DNA from: Octopus vulgaris
Lineage: Eukaryota
Reading direction: 5' to 3'
Length of the DNA stretch: 64,000 nt
Assembly (NCBI GenBank): GCA_951406725.2
Contig: OX597814.1
Span: 84,010,001-84,074,000 of the forward strand
Under the pieces are notes generated by a model. That model did no database searches, was not told the DNA's origin, and worked only from the letters and a program-made list of their open reading frames with translations. The number at the start of each line of letters is the position of its first letter. The stretch's first letter is position 1. Made by a program: the position numbers and the translations under genes. This document shows, piece after piece, positions 54,203-64,000 of the stretch.

Positions 54203-54961
54203 ACTAGCAGTATAGCCTGGCGTTGCTCGGGTTTGTTTTTTAGTTGCGCTTAAAACGACAGACTGTGATGTCGCGTTAACAAATTTTTGACATAGTTTCA
54301 ATCTATGACTAAAAGTGTAGTGTCACGATGCTCGAGTTTGCTCTGAATGTACTGCAAATGTGTAATGCCGACTTCAATTGTTGGTATTGTTGGTTAATAT
54401 TCCTTCTATTAACATTATGGAGAAAAAAATTACCCGTAGAAAATGAAGCTCAAGTTTCGAACTGCACTGGAAATCTATTAAGAAGTTAACACTGCAACAG
54501 TATTCATTAAGAAAAAGTACAGGAAAATCCGAAACGTTGGATCAGCTGATCCATCATTCGCTCAAAACCAATAACATCACAAAAAAATTCTTTTTGACCC
54601 TTTAGAATTGGAATTTTTGAAAAGTAAAAATTTTGCATTATGTAGCTTGTTATTCTCTGTAAGTGAACATTCTGGTTGAAATACAGCGAAAAATGGCGAC
54701 ACAGCAGTCAAAAAATCGTAAAAAATAGGGATTTTCATAGAAAAAAAGCACCTTTTTGAGGTAAATAATTTTTGGTCTTAACATGGTCCGATTTGAATTT
54801 TTTTTCTTCTACAGAATGAAGAGCAAGCTTTCTTCTACCATACTCTCAATTTTGGTCAACTTGTGCCGCAGGGTCTCGGAGGAGATAGTGTTAGTTGAAG
54901 GCTACCAAACCTGCCACACACACACACACACAGACAACTTCAGCTTTATATATATATAGAT
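54203..54961 (+). mobile_element. Non-autonomous Helitron/Helentron-like element (HINE/DINE-type)
   Basis: Starts ACTAGCAGTATAGCCTGGCGTTGCTCGGG (subterminal hairpin) and ends (CA)n-CAGACA..CTTTATATATATATAGAT, the usual architecture of such elements. Confidence 0.65.
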
Positions 54962-55775
54962 TATCAGAAATATGGTTTGATGGCATCAATAAATTAGAAA
55001 AAAATATATAATTTGCTTCGAGATTATTTTGATAATACTTGAAAAGTTGTTGAAGTTTCCACAAGGATGTTTGTAAACACCATATCAATTATAACACTAA
55101 CCAGGCGTCAGATTTTATAATCTAACGCATCTTGACTGTAATTTGAAGGACATTGCACTGCTGTTTCTAGTCGAGAGACAACATAGATACTTCTTCATTG
55201 GTTGATGTCGCCAACTGTAACCGGTTGTTGTGGCTCTCCAGAAATATCATAATTCGTAGTAGAATTGCATCAAGTGTTATCGTACTTTTTTTAAAATATA
55301 GCTTTATAGTTCACTAATTATCCGATTTATATAAACTGATGAACGGTTAGTAGTTAGATTGTCTGGTTAAAAATTGAAGTAGTTTTTGAAGTATCTCAAG
55401 CTCTAGATTGTGTTCATAGCCAAGACAACTCTCAAATATTTCAGATCATATTCTCTACATAGGTAACACATCGACTGAATGAATCTTCCACAGATTAACT
55501 AATTTTATGAACATGGTTTCGATATGGTCTAATGCATAGGGACTCACCATCAGTACCCTAACAAATTAACATTACATATTGCTACAGGTATATGTAAATC
55601 ATTTAGGAGTATTTCCTATATATTCTCTCACACACACAAATCGAACACACACGCACAAGGTGTGTGTGTTGTTAGTTCGTCGGGCGGTTGCATTTACCCC
55701 CTGGTGTAAAAACACTTGAAAGCAAGTCATAGACAACCGAGACAGCTCACATTAAACCACTTTTTTTTCCTTGGA

Positions 55776-55822
55776 GCGACAGACATCGATGTTTCGTTAT
55801 TGTTTTGACTTGTCAATGCCGC
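55776..55822 (-). ncRNA. Type I hammerhead ribozyme, U3-A8 core
   Basis: GCGGCA-UUGACAA-GU...AC-GAAA-CAUCGAUG-UC-UGUCGC: 6-bp helix I, 10-nt palindromic helix III, GUC site. Confidence 0.75.
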
Positions 55823-56130
55823 ATACCGAGTAAGGTTTGCTGCAAGCTATCTGACCGGCTATGACTATATGTTAGATGGTTTAATAACCATCTGTTGGCA
55901 TGTCCTAACGTTTCATGTCACGGAAAGAATTCAAATATGAATTAGAAGCAGATAGAGGTATATAAACAAAATCGAACACACATACACAAGGTGTGTGTAT
56001 AGTTAGTATATCGGGCGGCTGCAGTTTTTTAGGCGCAAAGGAATATATTCCCAATGCCCCTGGTGTAAAAACACCTGAAAGTAAGTCATAGACAAGCGAG
56101 ACAACTCACATCAAATCCCATCTTTTCGGA

Positions 56131-56171
56131 GCGACAGACATCGATGTTTTGTCATTGTTTATCAATGGTGC
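56131..56171 (-). ncRNA. Degenerate hammerhead (second unit; G12 to A)
   Basis: UUGAUAA...AAAA-CAUCGAUG-UC-UGUCGC. GAAA is mutated and helix I is damaged. Confidence 0.5.
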
Positions 56172-56267
56172 ATACCAAACAGGGTCTGCTGCAAGCTGCC
56201 TGACCGGCTATGACTATATACTAAATGATTTAAAAACCATCTGTTGGCATGTTCAGTGTTTCATGCC

Positions 56268-56388
<121 letters not shown>

Positions 56389-56789
56389 CGTCAAACTGAG
56401 GTCTTAACATGGGAGATTATCAACCCAAAGTGTGTACTAATTCTAGTTTGATATCAGGATCAGTACCTGGAAAAGTAGAGAGCAATTCAAAACTCCTAGG
56501 ATATGATCTCTATTTATAATCTATAGAATGCAACACTATGAAAAAGTGCAAGTGACAACTAAATAATAAAAAAACGCAAAATCATACTGAAATAATGAAA
56601 AACAAATGCGTATAACACAAGATGTTATGCGCAACTTTGCAAGTTGTCTGTATGATTTGAGCCATATAGACGACTGATTTTCAGATCATGTAAATCTGTG
56701 CAGCAAAATTGAAAACAATCGATAAAAAATTAAATAGAAGAAATTAAAATAAATTCAGGTATGTGATAATTTCGGAGATGTAAATATAC

Positions 56790-57385
56790 TCTTTTCTACT
56801 CACGGCATAAGACCCGAAATTTTTGAGGGGGGGGGGGGGGGCAGTCGATTACATCGACCTCAGTACGCAACTGGAACTTAATTTATCGACCCCAAAAGGA
56901 TGAAAGGCAAAGGCGACCTCGGCGGAATTTGAACTCAGAACTCAGAACGTAGCAGCAGACGAAATACCTATTTCTTTACTACCGACAAGGGGCTAAACAC
57001 AAAGGGGACAAACAAGGACAGACAAACGGATTAAGTCGATTATATCGACCCCAGTGCGTAACTGGTACTTATTTAATCGACCCTGAAAGGATGAAAGGCA
57101 AAGTCGATCTCGGCGGAATTTGAACTCAGAACGTAGCGGCAGACGAAATACCTATTTCTTTACTACCCACAAGGGGCTAAACACAGAGAGGACAAGCAAG
57201 GACAGACAAATGGATTAAGTCGATTATATCGACCCCAGTGCGTAATTGGTACTTATTTAATCAACCCCGAAAGGATGAAAAGCAAAGTCGACCTCGGCGG
57301 AATTTGAACTCAGAGCGTAGCGGCAGACGAAATACCGCTAAGCAAATTGCCCGGTGTGCTAACATTTCTGCCAGCTCGCCGCCTT
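56790..57385 (-). mobile_element. SINE family A tandem trimer
   Basis: One head at 57385 and three bodies at about 185-190-nt spacing. Confidence 0.85.
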
Positions 57386-58275
57386 GAAGATGTAAATATA
57401 TAACCTATTGATGTGCAAACGGTGACCAATTGATCAATCAATTAGGTGTTTTGACAGTGTGATGTAACATGAATTTAGAGTTAAATTCTTCAAAGATGTC
57501 ATATATGTAAATTTTGATTAATACGAGACTTGTTTAAACATCAAGGTGGGCAAAATATTTTCAATCCAAGCGTGACAAAGTGATTTTCTTTACTTTAAAA
57601 TAGTTTAAACCTATCCACACTTAACTCATTGAACAAGATCAAAACTAAATCTTAACTCTTTCTCATTAATTTAACATCATTATTCATGTATTATTTCGAT
57701 AAACTTATTATTTTATTGAAGGTTTATTAGAAAGATTGATCTGATAATCGGCAGTGCGGCAAACCAAAATATTCTGCAGTATTTATTTCCTTTGAATTCA
57801 AATTACTCAAGGGTCTACTTTGCATTTTTTCCCATCCCTCCGAGGTCGGCTTAAAATTTCGGCCGTTCGTCTAGGTTTGGTAAAAATAAATACCAAAGTA
57901 CCAGTCAAGTAATGGTTACGCTTTAATCGACTTTTTGCTGACAAAATGTGTGGCTTTGAGCCATATATAAGAAAACATTTTAGTTTTGTAATAAATTTGT
58001 AGTAGTAGTTTAGCTCTAAGCAAATCCTCGAGCAATCAGATTATGATGAAAAGCCTTCCAGTTCAGAATATGAGTTTTTTTTGTGGGGCAGGGGAGGTTC
58101 AGACATTACATACTTTATTTTGCAATGATAGAAGATTTAGATGATTTTATTGATTTATTTTATATCACAATTTGTGGGCAAGTTTATATTAGATTGCGAA
58201 AATGACAAAGGGTTGCTTTAGTGTAACGAACTTCGTGCAAGAAGCAGCGGTTCCTTGCCGGTGTACTTCAGTGAA

Positions 58276-58354
<79 letters not shown>

Positions 58355-59706
58355 CAGAGTTTTAACATTGTTTTATTACGTAACAATCGTATGAACAAAC
58401 ACATTATTTAAGTATGTTTTGCGTAAGTCTCCAAGAAGTAAGCATCGCACATAGACAAAACTGAATGATTAAGAATTTCGCCTTGAAATCATAAAGTGTT
58501 GAAGTAGATCCTGGTGCGTAGTATCATAACTTTGGTTTGGTTCAAGTCTTGGCAGTGAAATTGGTTTCAGGGAAACTGTGTGGATTGTACCTGTAATTAA
58601 AAGGTCCGGCCTTGTCATATGTTGTGTCACACTCTTTCGGCCTAAGAATTACGTCAAAGGTGCACGAGCATGTCTAGAGAATTTAACTTGTGTAGTTCAG
58701 TTGACTGAACGACGGAATTCTCATCTTCGGAACACAAAATGTGATAAAGTTCGATATTTGAAAGGTCCTGGATTGACAAAATTGACAAAGAGCGTGTTAT
58801 ATACTATTATGCCTTGTGGTATTTGTTCTGGATTTTTACATTCATTGTTGAAACTCCGACGAAGTCAAGTACGATTTTCATCCTTCTCGGCTTGATAAAA
58901 TATAGCACCAGTCAAGTACTGTGGTTCAACACAACTGCCTGTTCCCTGCCACCAAGCTTTGAGGCCATGCACCTACGAAAACGATTAATATTGATATTTA
59001 TACATCAAAACTTGTCCTGAATGCTTGTAACAGGGCGCACTCCACTAAAGATACACTCAAAGGGCTAATAGGTAATGTTTAACGGAACCACAAATTTAAG
59101 TCTACCACTCAAGAATATGAACGATTCCTTCGATGAACTTCCACAATTTTCTTTCACCAATTTTCATTCCTAAGGTTTTGATTCACCCGTGGCTGATACA
59201 GACGTTTGCTCAAGGTGCTGCGCTATGGAATTCAACAAAAAACCAAGTAGATACGAAGCTAATTTCTTCTCCATACTACTATGAAAGAGCAACGCAACTT
59301 TAACTTGATACCTTCATCGACAAGATCTCTATTTGATACTATAAATAATAATTTTTAATTACTCGAATCTTCTACAATAGTCAACTCTGTAAAGGCAGGC
59401 AATTTATACTGCAGTATGCTGATATTAGTTCAAACTAACGAGAAAGCCTCTCCCAGGTCACTTGACTTACTAGAAATGGCAGCCAAATATCCTTTAAATC
59501 ACACTATATATTCTTTAAAAAACAAAGGAAAGATAAATTGTTAATATACACATCACCTGAAGAAAATAATAAATCAAACAGGTGGATCAATGTTAGATTG
59601 TCTTTGATCATAGGTCTACTTGGTCAGAGTTGACATGGAGCTAAATAACATCAAACAATCTCAACCACAACATCATTATCATTTTTATTCAGACTCAGTT
59701 ATTGTG

Positions 59707-59738
<32 letters not shown>

Positions 59739-61885
59739 TGTATGTATGTATGCGTGTGTGTATGTACGTATGAATGCATGTATGTGTGTGCATGCGCGCG
59801 CGCGTGTCTGTGTGTGACAATATCGAGATTATCTTTCTACTATTCTACACTGTTCATAGGAACATCTTTACCATATTGATATAGTCTACGATTTATTAAT
59901 TTCTTTCTTTTAGCAAGTATTATTTCTTGTAACATCGAACAGCAGGTGTTTTCTAGACTAAATTGTTGACTCATTGTATAATTGGCTAGAAGACTTCGAC
60001 ATATCACAAACACAATTACGATGATTATATTTTTTTCTTACACTACAAGCCAAAATTTTTGTTTCCTTTTTGTGGAGTTAAATGATGGCATTTCGATTGT
60101 CTTCAGTATATTGATTTCTAAAAGACCACAAATTTGAAAGATGAGTATAGTTGATTAGATTTATCAGTGCACATGACGGTACTTTAATTCATTGGCCCTG
60201 AAGAATAAAAGGCCAAGCCAATCTTGGCAGGATTTGAATCCAAAACGTAAAGATATGCACTTTAACACCGCAATACATTTTTGCCGTCCGTCACTCAAAC
60301 GACTCTACAGCTACCCGGCTTTTGACTCCAGTATATTATTATTTTAATTATACTCTTCCCAAATGCAAAATACGGCTTTTGACTATTTGATTATATGCTT
60401 TGTTTCATGTAAGATACATTTGTCACTGCTTGCCTTCAATACAAATGAAATAATTGGGTAACGTGTAAACTGCAGACGGTTCTATTTTGCGTTGCGCAGC
60501 CTTTAATCACACTTGCGTTTATTTCAAGGAATACACTATTGCAACCAGTTTTGTTGTACAGCTCCTCATTTGACGCTAAACTGAATCAGAAGATGAAACA
60601 GATTTTCCTAGGACAATTATAGTGGAAAACGTTGACCTAATTCATACCTACTTTCACTGTTCCCCAGCAGTTTGAGCTATATACATAACAATAAAATTGA
60701 CAATGTCGTTATAGTGTCTTTATCCTAAAACTCTAAATCTTAAACTTCAATGTTGACTAAGGTCTTGTAAATGCCTGGCAAGCTTTGGTAAGCCTTACTT
60801 CGATATCTTTGTTTAGTGAACACGGAGAGAGTGAAAAGTAAACTGAAAATTTGGATAAATTTCTGTAAACAAGTTTTTCACTTTCAACCGAAAACATGTC
60901 CCCAATATCACACCATTGTAGTAATGTAGTTTCAATTTGACTGTATGTCAGTTTATAGGTTTCTTTTTGTCATGGCTCCTAGTATTTCAAATTATAATCT
61001 CAAATGAGATTGGTTCATTGGTTTCTGCACAAATACTCTGCTCTTTTCATTCAACAAAATAATTGCGATGAATGTAAATCTATGTCTAAAAGATTAAATG
61101 AATGGGTAATTATTTTGCCATTTATTTATTTTTATTAGTTAATAATCTTTCTCTGATAATTTACCGTAGCTTGCCGGCCGACTAAATCAATCTATGTACA
61201 GAATTCTTTTTTTTTTTAAATTCATCGTTTTCACTAAACGCTTTTATGACATACACACGCACGCGCACGCATGCATATACGTACACACACACACAATGTA
61301 TATACATACGCACTGATTAATAAAAAAGCAAATCGTTTCACTGGAATAACAAGTCCTCAATGTTCACAAGTTAATAGTCGATTAAGTTTCACTCATTCAC
61401 TTATGTTAAGTAAACATTAATACAACACCGTCAACGACAACAACCATGAAATAAATGGAATGTAGATGTCATGAGCAATCGTGTTGTAAGTAGTTGTACC
61501 AACTGTTAAGTTTACTGGAGACGATCCTTCTTCGTAGGATGATTTGATCTCACAAACATAGCAAATGAACTTAACCGTCATTAAGTATACAGTGATCTCG
61601 CTACTTACAATTCAATGTACTCGAACCAGGGTATGTGTCTCCAACTGATTGCTCGCCCTATAAGAAATAGCAGTTAAATCTCACTCATATTACATCTTAC
61701 TTAAAAGAAAAGATACAATATACAATGTTGTTCAAAATACATTATGTCAAGAAAAAGTTGTGATGGTTATGGTTGGAATGATTAAATTCATGAGTAGGCT
61801 TAACCAGGACCGATTTGGAACTAAACAACAAGATTTAGTGAGTCATTTGAGAAGGAAAAGTTTGTTCCTCATCATAGCGATGTAC

Positions 61886-62308
61886 GGATCTTTTCGGTTT
61901 GAACGGCAGTTTTTAACATAATTTCTAGGTAACTAAAAAAAATTAAACTTCGTATACTGGTAGTAAGTGTTTATAAAACATATTTTTCTCTTGGCTTTAT
62001 TGAGAAAATCCTATAGTTTGTAAGATATTTGTTGTTGTTTTCTTCAATTTCTGCAATTTCAACCAATCACTGACGTCCATTGAGGTAAAAAACATTCTGT
62101 GCCGTATGAATATGTCCCTCGTTTAAGAAACAGATTGGGTTTATTTACATTTGTGAAGAAAAAACGATACCCTTCCCCCCACCTCTAATCCTAACCCTAA
62201 CCCTAAAATAGATTGAAATGCAATAGATCGATACTCGGGTCATGATTATGGGTGACAATTTCATATGACACCGCTAGAAAAAAACTGCCATTCAAACCGA
62301 AAAGATCC
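61886..62308. mobile_element. Second copy of the TTAGGG-containing MITE (opposite orientation)
   Basis: Reverse complement of 29139-29557. Flanks are CGATGTAC/TGATATAC (6/8 match). Confidence 0.82.
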
Positions 62309-63163
62309 TGATATACCGGTGATCAATTAGGACCACTACATCATCTTGTCTCTGTTCAGACGCTCCTTAACTGAACAAAGATCTATAATGTTATTCTGTT
62401 CATCACATGTGTTCGGAAGTTACGCTCTCAAAAGGAAATTAATTGTTGGGTAACCGCAATTGTTATTCTTATCTATTGTAATCAGACAGTAAGACATCAA
62501 AAGAAAGAAGTGAGAAAGAGTGTTAGTGGGGAGATGAGGAAAAGTTAACGAGAGAGAAAGAGAGAGATGTGAGAAGGGGAGAGAGAGAGAGATGAAGGAA
62601 TGGGAGAAGAAGAGAGGGAAGGAGACAGAAAGTGGTGGCAGGAGAAAGAAATAAAACGACAAGGAGTAATACTTAATATTTATTGTTACTGAATCCTAAT
62701 TTTTCACTAACCTCAATCCGTTGTCTAGCTCATTATCATAAAAGTATTTAACATAATGAACACAATCTTTATATTGTCTAGCTCATTATCATAAAATCCT
62801 TTAGCATAATAAGAGAATACTATGGAGATATAAATTTATGCGTCAAATTAAATATAAGAACATTTATAAAACGTAGAATTTCCGGATCTCGCAATTAAAT
62901 TTAAATCTTTGATCGAATATCCTCATACATCTATGTTGAGCTATACTGTAAAATATTTTGGGGTGTAGAAATAGAAGTTCACTGTTTTGTTCTGTAGAAA
63001 TATTATTTACAAATTATTTACAGGCGCAGAAGTGACTGTGTGGTAAGAAGCTTGCTTCCCAACTACATGATTCCAGGTTCAGTCCCGCTGAGTGGCACCT
63101 TGGACAAGTGTCTTCGGGCCGACCAAAACCTTGTGGGTGGATTTGGTAGACGGCAACTGAAAG

Positions 63164-63575
<412 letters not shown>

Positions 63576-64000
63576 TGTCTGTCTGTCTGTCCACCACCAC
63601 CACTTGATAACTGGTGTTCGTGTGTTTACATCCCCATAACTTAGCGGTTCAGCAAAAGAGAGAACGATAGAATAAATACTAAGCTTGAAATAAGGAGTAG
63701 GATCGATTCGTTCGACTAAAATCTTTCAAGGCGGTGCCCCAGCATGACTGCATCTTGGTGACTGAAAAAGTTAAAAGATTATTCTGTAGTGTAGAAGTAT
63801 ATTTGTATTGTGAGTACTATAAAAGTACACCCGTCTTGTATTATTACAGTCTAATATAGAAACACATTTCTACATAGTTATCCAATAGATATACATCTGC
63901 ACTACATGAATAAGAGAAATTATCCACACTGCTTTGTAGCAAACAAATATGTACTATAACAACGAAGAAATATATCTATATTTTATTGTTGTGTAGAAAT

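Overview
This is AT-rich, repeat-dominated animal genomic DNA with no supportable host protein-coding exon. The SINE families, Dong/R4 LINE debris and dense (TA)n/(TACA)n/(CA)n tracts point to an octopus (coleoid cephalopod) intron or intergenic region; that is my inference from recalled repeat families. Nearly all ORFs in the supplied track are microsatellite artefacts. The only real coding sequence is a 5'-truncated Penelope-like element (PLE) encoding the RT C-terminal/thumb region plus a GIY-YIG endonuclease, arranged as a ~2.4-kb palindrome (34098-36542). Other mobile elements include two abundant tRNA-derived SINE families, several MITEs (piggyBac-, mariner-, hAT- and Merlin-like), a Helitron-like element and LINE fragments. 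The main result is about 16 hammerhead-ribozyme (HHR) motifs, mostly in short PLE-end-like insertions next to TA microsatellites. They include canonical C3-G8 cores, compensatory U3-A8 and G3-C8 cores, long-stem-II forms and a tandem retrozyme-like repeat. The most striking is a candidate NON-circularly permuted (pseudoknotted) hammerhead. It occurs three times at 19.0-20.7 kb with compensatory base changes, and again at 63.3 kb with entirely different helix sequences but the same order and GAAA-to-core spacing. All ribozyme calls are manual structure readings and none has been tested.
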